Assembly (NCBI RefSeq): GCF_009914755.1
Contig: NC_060931.1
Direction: 5' to 3' (one strand)
Origin: the human T2T-CHM13v2.0 reference genome, Homo sapiens
DNA length: 64,000 nucleotides
Shown: piece after piece, positions 42,721 to 55,286 of the stretch
Layout: each line of letters opens with the position of its first letter
Numbering within the stretch: the first letter of the stretch is position 1
Program-made: the position numbers and the translations under genes
Notes under the pieces: generated by a model
Database searches by the model: none
Seen by the model: the letters and a program-made list of their open reading frames with translations, nothing else
Told to the model about the DNA's origin: nothing

Positions 42721-45700
42721 CCATCTCCAACGGGCCGCAGGGATGGGGCTGGGGAGTGGGGGGTGGGGAGATTTGGAAGACCCTGAGGAGGGTTTTGTTT
42801 CTGCCTCTAGCTGCAGTTTAGCAGGGGGATGGTATGACTCAAATGGAGTGGGGGAGCCCATCTCACGAAAGGAAGCAGTGGTGGGAGCAAATTGGGGAGA
42901 GGTAAGGGGTCGGAGGGGAAGCTGAATCCAGAGAGATTAGGGAAGAATAACTGGGGGGCGGTGGTAAGGAGTCCCACAGCCCGGCCCCGGGGGACCAGCA
43001 CCCAAGGATCTAAGGAGGCATCCTTAGACTGTGATGCCAGGGGCAGCACACAGTCAGAGGAGCCGTGAGATGCTCAACCTGGCACAGGGATAGACACATC
43101 ACTGGACTTGTGTCTTAGGGTCAGAGAGAGACCACCATGTGCTCAACCCGTGGGCAGGGGCGGGAGGGAAGAAGGCAGGAGTACATGGAGAATTGTCAAA
43201 GAGGGCGTCGGAGGAAGAGAGGAAGAGAGGTAGAGGTGAAGGGCAGAGGCACAAAAGGATGGCTAAAGGCTGAGGAAAGGGGAAAGGAGCCAGAGGACTT
43301 CATGTCCTGGAGGGGAAGGAGGCTCTTCCACAGCCTCCTGTGGGCAGCACGTGGGCCTTGCCTTATCAGTCTCAGGGGGCATTCCTGTATCTCCTACTGC
43401 CTCCACCCCCCATCTGTCTGTGTTTAGCCTGGGCCTCATGCTGGCCCCCACAGCCAGACCCGCAACCGCAAGACGGCCTCCCCAATCTGACCAGATGCCA
43501 GGGCAGCTTGGGAATAGGGAGGGGCTGAGCTTGGTCCCTGGGCAGGCCCAGGGATCCCAACCACACTGCATTCTCTCTTATTACACCAGGGAGTCAGCTG
43601 GTGTAATAAAAGGCTGCGTTATTGTCTTTCTCTTTTAAAATAAAGACATTTCCTATATAGCCTCTAGTCATTTCTTTTAGAGAATTAAAGATTAAAAAAG
43701 AGAGAGGGGAGAGTCTATAAAGGAGTTTCTGGACACAGGGAACTCTGCCTCTCCCCCTGGGATAAGATGAGCCCCTGTGACTGTCACTGTAGTGGGGAAG
43801 GAAGCCCATCCTGGGAGCAAGGATTCTTAGGGAGCAGACATCTGGGTTTCCCTGCTAGCTGTGACTCCCTGGGCAATCCAAAGCCTTCCCTCACTGAGCC
43901 TCAGGTTTCTCACCTGTGTAAAGGGCAGAATGGCCCCCTGCAGGGTTGTAGTGAAGGTAAACACTTCCTATTGGAAAAGCACATATTGGCCTTTTTAGAA
44001 TGTTCTATTCAAGTCCACGTGTCTATACAGGTGGTAGTGATACTGACAAACACATGGGGATCAATGCAGGGAGACTTACAGTGGGGGGAGCAGGGCAGAT
44101 GATTCCCAGGGATTCTGCTTTCCAATTAGAGAATTCCAGGAGCCTGTGAAATCTGTCCATAATGAGCTCTGCAGTTTGGTGCTTGAGATGGTGAAGAAGA
44201 CAGCACACGCATTTACACAGCATTGATGTTTCTGCTGCTCTTCACTGCTTTACCATCCACTTTCTATTCAGACCTGTGCCACTGTGCAGTGCAGTCACTC
44301 GTTGACAGCACCTTGTCCTCCATACTGAGTTTTGGGCAGGTAGTAGCCATGCTGGGTGTGGAGTGGATGTCCCAAAGAGGATGAAAAATGGAGTGAATGA
44401 ACGAAGGAATCTTTGCAGGGGATTTCCCTCACTGCATACATAGCAGGATGCTGCTTCAGAGTCTGAGATCTCCACAGTGATCTCCTGGTGCTGAGCCCAG
44501 TGAGTTCCAGAGTCGGGTTAACTCCATGGGGCAAAGGAGCTCCCTCCCTTGAATCCCACCCCTTTCTCTGAGACCCAAATGCCTTCTTATCAAGGATAGC
44601 CCTAAGGAGGCCTGGAAAAAGCCTGCGCTTTCTGAGGCCTGGGTTCAAGTCCCTGCTCTGAGCTATGGAGAAAGTTCTTGTGTTTTCTTTCCAGAGCCTT
44701 TGCCCCTCCAAAGCAAGGCTCTCAGGGTTCCCTGCAGCATTCATTGTTCCAGTTCTGGTGCACAGGGCTCTGGGAATGCAGCCTGGGTGCTTTGGGGCAT
44801 CTGGTTCCTCTCCTGTAAAGCCCAAGCTGCCCCAGGACTCTGGGGGGCAGAGGAGAGAACGCTGAAAGCTAGTGTGCATGACTATTAGCACAGGTGGAAT
44901 TGAGTAGCTAGGGCTTAGCTCCTCCCCCGGAGAAGTGCTTGATGCTGATGTCCCTGAGCAGAGAGGTCTTTAGGGGAAACAGCCTTGTTCCTACCTGGGC
45001 CGGCACTGAGGGGGAGGTATCCATAAATATGTGCTAAGTGGCCAGAACTGAGTTCCTTTCCTCTCCCAGCCCCTTGCTTTTGGGTCACTGATTGTACCTA
45101 TATGACATACAATTCATTTTTATTTAGCCGAGCACCTGTCAGAACTGAAAGCATCCTATTCAAGACATCCTTGGCTGCTCACAGTCAGTAGCGGGCAAGG
45201 CCTGCCAGGGTGGGCTGAAGATCATGGGGGTGGGGTAGGGGTGAGTGCCAAGGACCATGGGGTATTAGGAAGGCAGAGAAAGGGAGACACTGGATGTCTG
45301 GGCTTGGCCTCTTGTGATGCCACTCACAGACTCAGAGAGCCTCAGAGGGAGCAGCTTGGAATCTTGGGAAAGGGGGGCCTGGGCAGGGCCCCAGTCCTTC
45401 CCACAGGAGTCCGCTTCCCACCCTGTGCCCTGCATTGCCTGGGGAGAACCAGGGTGCAGCACATGTGTGCAAGAGGAAGACCTGGTCTCTGCCAGCTCTG
45501 AGCTTCCTCCCTTTGCTACTTTACTCTGCACAGCCTTGAAATACCCACTTTTTGACCAGTGTGAATCAGGATATTGTATTTTTACCTAATTTTTTTCTGA
45601 AGTAGTAGGGATCCATTGCAGTGTGCAAATTATATGCTTTCAATTTCGTTGCTTATCAATGTAAATGAAATACATTTCTGTTCTGCCGAGTTCTTAGCTG

Positions 45701-46009
45701 TAGGCAGGATAACAGAAATCACGATTATCACGGAGAAATGGGAGTCAGCTGAAATTTCCCTGTGCAGCCCCAGTTATGTCTGAGCTCTGGTTCAGAACCA
45801 TGGCTTGGTTGCTTGGAGGTGAAACAACCTAACCCCAGCACGCAGAATCATAGGGCTCAAGGGCCCTGGATGACCTGGTTGTTGATAGCAAAGCTCGTGG
45901 CCTAGGTGTGCGCTGGTGACACCAATCTGCCAGCCCTCAGGCTGTGTCCCGTATGCCTTTGTGTGCCCTGTGCCCACTGCCCAACATGCTGTCAACTCCC
46001 AGTTAACCC

Positions 46010-46225
46010 CATGCCCTGCCTCCCTTTCCCCAGCCTCTCCCTCTGCTGGCCCTACCTCCCCTGCTGGCCCCTCCTCTGGCTGGGCCTTCCTCCCCGGCTG
46101 GGATCCTCCTCCCCCACCAGCCCCTCCCGCTGCTGGTCCCTCCCCTGGCTGGGCCCCACCTTCTGTGGCTGGCCCCTACTCCCCCACGGACCCCTCCTCC
46201 ACTTCCCCTCCCACTGGCCCGCTTA
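46010..46225. repeat. C-rich degenerate tandem repeat (ctggcccctcctcc-like)
   Basis: Recurrent 'ctggccc' followed by C/T runs. Confidence 0.7.
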
Positions 46226-48494
46226 TCCTCGTGGCCTGCAGCCTGGTCCTGTCACCATGGAGTACCCATCTGCTGTGCATCCATCTGCCTTGGTGGAGCC
46301 ACTGCCTACAGCGACAGGGCTAGGGTTAGAGCCGGGTCAGGGAGGGTAAGAGGTGGGGTGCTCCTCCTGGCACAGGGGTCAGGCTGTGTGAAGGTAGGGA
46401 GTGGGCTTCCCTGCCTCCTGCTGTGTGGTGGCCTGGCGACCTGAAGGTAGTCTCCTTGTCCTTGGCTGGACACTCTTCCTGAGGTCAGTTTTGCTGCTGT
46501 CCTGGGCATGGCCCCCCACAGTGTGCTCCTGACTCTGGCTTCAGTCCTGTGGCAGCCTCGCTGCTTCCTCCAGCTCCAGATTGCCCCCAGGCCTGTGTTT
46601 AGTGTTTAGGGAGCAACAGCAGGGGACATCCATGCCCCTGGAAACTGCCCCGTCCCCCCCTTCCCCCTTCCCCCCTCCCCCCCATTTTTGTTTTTCTCGT
46701 AGGGGTGGGTGGTCCCCTGGTCCATTTCCCTTCACCCCCAGGCTTATCCTTCCTCAAGGGCAGTTAACTTTAACATAAAAAGCTTCCAGAATTGCCCCTG
46801 TCAGGGCAGCTGGGATGAGGGTGAGCAGGAAATGAGTCTAGACAAAAGAGAGGGAGAATGGTCCTGGGCATCGGGCCAGGGGCTCCCACTCACTCCACCT
46901 CTGAAGTGGTCCAGTGGGCCCAGGGGCTTTTCTCTGCCCCTCCACAATGTGCCCAGCAGGGGCTGCACTGTGGAAGGAGCCCTAGACATGTGCTGAGTCT
47001 GGTCGCACTGATGGAAAGTGGGCTGAGGGGCCGGGGGGCAGCTCCTTCATGGACCGGAGAAGAGCTGGGAGCAGACACAGGGGTGGAGTCTGCAGCTGCC
47101 GGGGCCTCCCTGCCTCTCTGCTCTGGTTCCCATGACCCCACGGTGTTTAGGTGCCAGGCTTGAGCACGGGGCTGGGGTACCGGGAGAATAAGACCTCCCT
47201 TCCTCTGGGAAGCTGCAGTCTATTGGGGAGACCCTGGTCAATAACTCACACTGTAGTCCCACAGGGCAGGACATTCAGGTGACCTTTGAAGGTGTGCACA
47301 GGGGACAGACCAGGCCTAACCACTTGAGGCGGCTTCCCTGTGGACTGGGCGCTCAGCCAGGATCACTGGACCAAGCACAGGGCTGCAAGCGAGCGAGAGT
47401 AGTGGGGCGAGTCCCGCAAAGGCCCAAGTGGGGCAAAACCACACTGTGGACTTGCCCTTTCTCCCAAGAGCAGTGCTGAGTGTGGCCACCAGGAGGTGGG
47501 AGTGTGCTGGGGGCTGTGTGAGGACCTGAGGGGACCACTCAGCAGGCTGCGGTCAGTGGTGTCCGCTTGCCACTGTCACCACTGGCTTTTAGAGTTGTTT
47601 GCCTGCCCTTTTGGGGCTCACGGTGGTTTTAGGTTGATGTCCCTCTCCTGTCACATCTCTGAGGTTGAGAGGGCCAGGGATCAACTCCTTAGGTTCACAG
47701 GTTCCTGCAGATGCCCAGAAATGTCCTTGGACCATTTCCTGACTCAGACGGAAGCTGGTGGGCATGTGAGGTGGGTGACTCTTCTGGCATTTCAGGGGCT
47801 CTAGTGTATGTGTGTGACTTTAGGCTTGGGATGATCCCCATGCCTCAGTTTCTCCCTCACCAAAGGGAACAGTAGCTCCCTTCTGTGGTTTTGTAGAACA
47901 GATACATCCTCCAGTTAATATGAATGGATTGTGCCTGGGAGGCGTTCCCTGTCCTCCCCACACTGTTCTGGGCTCAGTGAAGTGGGACCTACCCCTTACC
48001 GTCACTTACATACATAGCTGTATGTAGCTGATGACCTACTAGTTAGTCTGTGACTTAGTAAAACTGAATAGCTGCAGCGAGGCGCTGGTCTTGATCAAAT
48101 GTTGGGAGAGACTCCCAGAATGCAGGTGGCAGGCATAGTCTGTTTAGCCCAAGTGTTCTCTGACAACTGTACTAAACACCCTGTGGAACAGCCCCAGTCG
48201 GAGGTGGCCATGTGTCCGCAGTGGAGGCTGGCATCCCTGTGGCCATCATGCCAGGCTGACCCCTTTTCAGCCAGGTTTTTGAGCCCCAAGCAGCATGGGG
48301 GCTGAAGTGGCAGGGGCAATGGTTTGGGCAGGAGAAGCAGCCTGACCACCTATCCATGTCCACATAACCCCCTTGTGGAGTTCACACGACCACAGGCTCC
48401 TCCCTTTACCCTGAGGGGCTGAGCAAGGTAATAGGAAGAGACCTTTCCTGCTCTCCATTTGAGCATATGAGTTATATCCATCCCTCCTCTTTGC

Positions 48495-48910
48495 ATGAAC
48501 ATACACAAACACACATGCTCATGCATAAACACATGCTCATACACACACATAAACACACACACATACATGCACATACCCACACAAAAACCCTCCCAGATGC
48601 ATACACTCACACTCATTCTCCCCCCAAACATGCATGCACATAATCACACAGAAACACACACTCATAAACCAGTGCATACTCACACATCCATACCCACTTG
48701 CGTGCATGCACTTACACATTCACATGCGCCCTCACACTCATTTTGTACCTACACACTAGCTCACACACTCACACAGTACACTCACAAATACATGCATGCT
48801 CACCCACTTATAGATTCACACACTCACAAAGCAATGCACATTTGCACACTGATGCACACTCGTAAACTAATGCACACTTACATGTTCATGCTCACCTACA
48901 CTCACTTCAC
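48495..48910. repeat. (CA)-rich low-complexity tract
   Basis: Degenerate cacacat/catgca repeats. Confidence 0.9.
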
Positions 48911-49814
48911 TGTTACTAATATGTGGGTCTTTTGAGTAGATGTGCCATCCTGGTCTCTGAGGGAGGGCAGCCTGTGCCCTGTGTCTCAGCAGCACCACCA
49001 CAGAGACCTGGGTTGAAGCCCAGTTCCTGCACCTCCAGCTCCGTGACCTTGGCAATCTCAGAATCTGGCTTGTGAAGGGAAGCCAGGCTGCCAGCCTTAC
49101 CTGCATCATGGAAGTGTAGTGAGGGCTAGTGGGAGGGCAGGCATGTCCACATGGGACTTGGGAGCTGTGGAGGCAGGGACCGGGCTAGGACTCTAAAGCC
49201 TTCCTTAGGGAAGGGAGTGGGGCTGTCTGCCACTCGGCTGTGCCCCTCTCTAGTGCAGGCCAGGGCAGGCACCTGGCGGGGGGTGGGGGGTGGTGGGGGA
49301 TGGGGTGGGAGGCCTGCCTCCACTGCCCAGTCTTCCTGTTCTCCCTCCCAGTGTTTCTCCTCTGTCCCCTTTAACCCTTCAGCTCCCTGTGCCCTCTTCA
49401 GGCTGATCTGGGCTCTTCTCTCAGTGGAGCATGGGGTGTCTTCTGCAGTATTTTGCTAAGGGGGTCCCATCTGTCCTCCTACCCCATGTGTGTTTCCCTC
49501 TGCCGTGCAGAGATGCCAGCCCCAGGAAGGATGTATGAGGTGTGGGGGAATCCCTGGGGGCAGGGCAAGGAGAATAGGAGCCCACCGCAGCAGCCTAGCT
49601 CTGGCTTTGTGGTGAAGGCAGCACAGTCCCTGGAACAATCCCATCTCCCTGGATTAAAGGGATGGCAGGAACTGCTTTGATCTCCAGGCTTTAGTGTTCG
49701 CTCTGCCTTCAGTTTGGGTTGGGAAGAAAGCCTGGAGCTGAGAAGAGCTGTCTGCTTCCCAGAGCTCGGGTGTGACTTCGTAGAGCCTGAACATAGCTCT
49801 CTGGGTGGGGCCTC

Positions 49815-49992
49815 TGTATGGGCATGTGCCTGTGTGCACACATGTGCGTGTGGATACGTGTGACTGTACACATCGTGTGTGGATGTGCATGTTTGTATGT
49901 CGGTGCATGCCCATGTGCATGTGTGCATGCATGTGTGTTCTTACATGTGCATGTGTTTCCATGCGTGTATGCTTGTGTGTGCATACAAGTGC
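49815..49992. repeat. (TG/CATG)-rich tract
   Basis: Degenerate gtgtgcat repeats. Confidence 0.88.
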
Positions 49993-50356
49993 AAGAGCAT
50001 TGGTAACATTTAGAGGAACCTGGGAGCAGGTGGACAGGATGCTGCCAGCAGTGTGGTGGGGTCCCCAGAAGTGCTGGGAGCCCTGCACTACAGCCTCTGA
50101 GCCCTGCAGAGGAGAAAGTCCATGCTGGTAGCACATTCTGAATCTGAGCACAACTTTTTGTTTTGATTCTAAAAATACAGAGCAGCTCTTTTATCAGAGT
50201 ACAGTGTTTCCTTGTTTCCTTCTCCCAAGTAGACTCTTCTCTGAAGTAGACTCTTCAGCCTTTGGGAAGTGGCTCAGCCTGAGAAAATGCAGATGCATGG
50301 TGCTTGGCTGGCCTGGCTTCCTGGTGCTTGGCCACCTGGTGTTCTTTTCCCCCTTC

Positions 50357-50644
<288 letters not shown>

Positions 50645-50654
50645 GTTTTTTTGT

Positions 50655-50953
<299 letters not shown>

Positions 50954-52149
50954 CTGAGTGCCCTTTTCTTACTGACATGGTTCGCCTGATTGCCGTCCTG
51001 CTGCGTGTGGCACACCCTGGCTCTGGTGGCCCCCACTTCCTGGGAGCATCGATGCTTCCGATGGATGGGGAATTGTTGTTTACACAACAGGTGGCGTGGG
51101 GCCCAAGGCATCACATGTCCGAGTGTGGAGATGTCAGGCACCCACTGTGGACAAAGAGGATGGCCCCTTCACAGCAGGGCCATGCCTGGGACAGAGCCCC
51201 CCGCTGCCCCCTGCTGTATGTCTTTAACTGTGGTTCTCTGGCTGGCTCTTGCCCACTAGCCCTAAGGACTCACTTGACCTCCTGTCCCTGGACATGGTCC
51301 TTCTAGCGCCCTTCCCTGACAACTGGGCTCAGTGCTTTCTCGATAAACCTGTTTAATACTGCATTCTATGCTCCCTGTGCCCCCCACCTACCACACAGTC
51401 TAGAGCCAGGTCTAGAGGTCCCAGCCTGTGGCCAGCATCTAGGCTTTCCATGTGAAGCATCACCTGGTTACACTCCAGGAGGGCTTCTCTCCCAGCCTGT
51501 GGGGGCACCTGTGGGTTTTCTCAGCTCTACTGTCCAGTCTCTGGAAGCAGCATTATTGTAGTAAGCATGCAGCTGATGAGGGCGAGTCTGCTTAGGAGTA
51601 TGGTGGAAAGTTCAGGAGATGCCAGGCAGTTGCAGGCCTGTGCCGGGAGTCAGGGCAGCCTGCTCTGGAACATTCTGTTCCCCAGGGAGCATGTGGCAGT
51701 GAGCATTCTGGTTGGTCACCTCGGTGTGCACCATGTGCCAGCCAGTGCAGCGAGCCTGTGCTGGAGCCATGCTCAGTGGCAATGCTCCCAGAAGTCATGA
51801 GTGCCTTTGCCTTCATTCCCCTATGAGAGGAATAGCCTCTTCTTAAGAGAATGCATTGCCTTTCTGAAACAACCGTGGCCTCAAAAAGGGATCTTAAATA
51901 CTTGTTCGTTGAACTTGTTTTCTGTGACAGCTGTTTTCTCAAACCCTACCTGCCCTGCAGTGTCAGTGATTAACTGAGGGAACACAGTTTAGGAAACATT
52001 GGCTTAGCCTAAAGATTTTGAAATATCTCTGATAGTTAATTTTTAAAAATCTGTACTTGCAGACATCACAGATGTTTCATGAGCACTGACCATGTCCTGG
52101 TGCTGGGTGGGATCTCGTCACTGGCAGGGTCCCATTGGGTGGGTACATC

Positions 52150-52454
52150 TTTTTTTTTTTTTTTTTTTGAGATGAAGTTTCGCTCTTGTTACTCAGGCTG
52201 CAGTGCAATGGCGCGATCTCATCTCACTGCATCCTCTGCCTCCTGGGTTCAAGTGATTCTCCTTCCTTGGCCTAGCCTCCTGAGTAGTTGGGATTGCAGG
52301 CATGTACCACCACGCCCGGCTAATTTTGTATTTTTAGTAGAGATGGGGTTTCTCCATGTTGGTCAGGCTGGTCTTGAACTCCTGACCTCAGGTGATCCAC
52401 CCACCTCGGCCTCCCAAAGTGCTGGGATTACAGTGTGAGCCACCACACCTGGCC
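52150..52454 (-). mobile_element. AluSp/Sq-like
   Basis: Full dimer with TSD ggtggg(t/c)acatctttt on both sides. Confidence 0.93.
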
Positions 52455-54369
52455 CAGGTGGGCACATCTTTTATGCCAAGCACCTTGGCTTCAGTTTGTT
52501 CAAGGGTCAGAAATGGGCAGTGCCTGAGAGCTCAGCTGATGGTGTGACTCCTTTTGGCTGGTGTCACAGGTGCTGTGGGTGGGTGGGGGTGGACAAGCTG
52601 GAAGTGGCGCTGTTCTGAGGTTCTGGTGTTACCCTCTCTGGGAGGTTCAGATGGTCACCGTGTCATTCATTGATCTTCTGGGCAGGGATGTGTTGAGACA
52701 CGTGGGGAGCGGACTGTCTTTGATGGGAGCTGTCCCCAGGGTGCTCTACCACCTGGGGGCTTGCATCTGTCTTCCTGACTTCCCTGCCTTGTGTTCCTCA
52801 CTTTCCTGCTGGTGTCCTTATGTCAGATTCTACCAGTGCTTTTTCCTTTCTCCCTCCTAAGCTGACCTCGCGAGTGTGCATGACCTGGGAGGAGAGGCTG
52901 GGCTGTCTTGGAGAGGGGCACCATGGAGGAACAGGCTGCATGCGGCCCTAACACCCCCTTGGAACTGAGGTGCCAGTGGTTACACAGGAAGCACCAAAGA
53001 CGGCTGCTTCTCCAGGTCCCCGTGAGAATCCTTTCCCAGGTCTGTTGAACATAGCTTCACGCATTAGAAACCTGATGACGGGAGCTCAGGGAGAGCCTGT
53101 CAAATTATTTTTTAAAAAATTGTGTTATTTTATTTTTATTATGGAAAATTCAAATATACACAAAAGTAGAGAGACCAGCACAGTGATTTCTTGAGTACCC
53201 ATCACTGGCTCCAACAATTATCAGCATTCTGCCGGCCCTGTTTCAAATGATGCTAATTCTAAAACGCTTTTATTAATTCAAACACCAGAAGCTAACAAGC
53301 AATTACGTTAATTTAAAAACCCACTTGTGTGAGACACTGAAGAAGCAGCCATGGTTTAAAGAGAATGATGTCACACCAGCACTCAGCCGCTGGTGAGCAC
53401 CATGGAGGGACTGAGTGGTGTCCACTGGGGGCTCAGTCAGGGAGGGGGACAGAGGGACCACTCCACCATCCAGACACCTGGGAGATGGCAGGCTGATCGC
53501 AGTCTGGGAATTTACCAATGAGAACATGCCCAGTGCTGTGCAGGGAGCAGTTGTGTGGAGTCAGCTCCTTTGCTGGCCTGTGGCCCAAGTGCTGTTGGTT
53601 CATATGAGAAAGCACTCCCTCCAGCAGGCCCCCCGACCTGTGCCTGCACTCTTGCTCTGCTCAGGAGAGGCTGGTTTGGAGGACTGTCCTGCAGTGGTTC
53701 TCCTGTCCCCATGGATAGTCTGAATGCCACCCAGGCTGAGAGACTGTGCTGGGGCAGCCCGGGTGATGTCATGTTGAAAATGGGAGCAAATTCAATAGAG
53801 AGGTTTTCATACCCAATAGGAGTGATCCTGGGGTGAGAAGGGACCACCCAGACCAGTCCAGGGATCAGGAGGCTGCTCTGTAAAAGGAGGGAAACCCCTC
53901 TGGGCCAAGGTGGCAGTGAGGGTTGTGGGTCTGAGAGCATGCTCTGCCCAGAGCTGTGGCATGGCCAGGGCGTGTGCTTCCATGTATGTGCATGGCATGG
54001 CAGACAGGTCAGAGGTGAGTCCAGGGCTCAGCGGGTCTCTTGTGTGCCAGGGAGGTGGCGCTCCATCCAGAATCTGGGATGATGGGAGGGTCTGCCTCAC
54101 GGGGACTTTGACTACAGCCTGATTGTGGGTTGTGTCAGGCGGTGGGGTTAGAGAGAAGTTGGTGGCATAGGGCTGTCAGGGGCAGGGCCTGATGAAGGCT
54201 TGAGAAGGACAGAGAGAGAACGTCAGAGGACTTGCAGGTTTGGCTTGGGCAGTGGCACCTGTCTCTGGAGGGGAGGAAGGACAGGTACCTGGGGATGTGG
54301 GATGATGATGTCAAATTGGGATACTTTCTCCAAGGACTATGGGACGTCTTGGGTTGGGGGAGGGGCCCA

Positions 54370-55286
54370 GGGCTCCTCCAGGGTGCTAGTCTAGTGACCA
54401 CGAGTGGTGTCTAGCATGAGGGATGCTAGTCCAGTGACCCTCCAGTGTCTGATGATTTTCTCATGGTTAGACTGGGGTGTTGGTTTTCAGCAGGAGGCCT
54501 CAGAGGACATGCCCTCACTGCATTGTGTCAGGGCACTTCTGTCAACAGGACTCATCATGGCCAGTGCTGGCAGTTACCAGCTGGCTAAGGTGGTATTGGC
54601 AGGTTTCTCCTCCGTAAAGGTTTTCTCTTTACTTTTCCTTTTCCATTTTGTGCTTTTCCAAAGGAAGTTACTGTGCTGAGCCCATACTGAAGGAGTGGGG
54701 AGTTTACCTTCTTGAAGGCGGAGTAGCTATAAATGATTTGGAATGATCCAAATTTTTGCCTATTCATCTGTTATCCTTCATTTATTTTTTATTTAATCAT
54801 TGATTTATATTAGTACTGATGTTTATTTTATACTTTGGGTTACAATTCAATACTGCTTTGTGTTGCTCAAATTGTTCCAACTTTGGCCATTGGGAGCTCT
54901 TTCAGTTGGCTCCTGTGTCCTTTGATACACCCCCTCCCCATCATTTGTGTGTGTGCGTGTGTGTGTGACACTTGCTTTACTTTCTGGCCCTGCAAGGTGC
55001 TCCAGGCCCATCTGCTTGATTAGCAAATATTTTCTCTGCCTGAGCCCAAGAATCAGTCATTTCTCCAGGGAGCCCCAGTTCCTTTTATTGGAGAATTTTA
55101 TTAAAGACCATTACCTGGCCTCCTCATGTCCTCGTTGCTCCTGGGGAGCCATTGCTTCTAGTTTTCTCTCATTAGGCAGAGCTAGAACATATATGTGCAC
55201 ACACATTTCTATAAACGTTTGCATATGTACCCATCTGTGAATTAAGTCAAACACGAGTTCATCCTGGTGCCTCAGAGTCTAACCTG
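54370..55286 (-). mobile_element. Old L1M (MC/MD/ME-type) 3' region
   Basis: 'gttgctcaaattgttccaactttggccattgggagctctttcagttggctcctgtgtcc' and 'catttctccagggagccccagttcctttta' are old-L1 3'-end motifs. Confidence 0.7.

Noticed and set aside
48495-49992. His/Thr-rich and Cys/Val-rich ORFs, and apparent CA versus TG complementarity
   Set aside because: These are translations of simple repeats. The complementarity is compositional and I could not align the tracts as a true inverted duplication.
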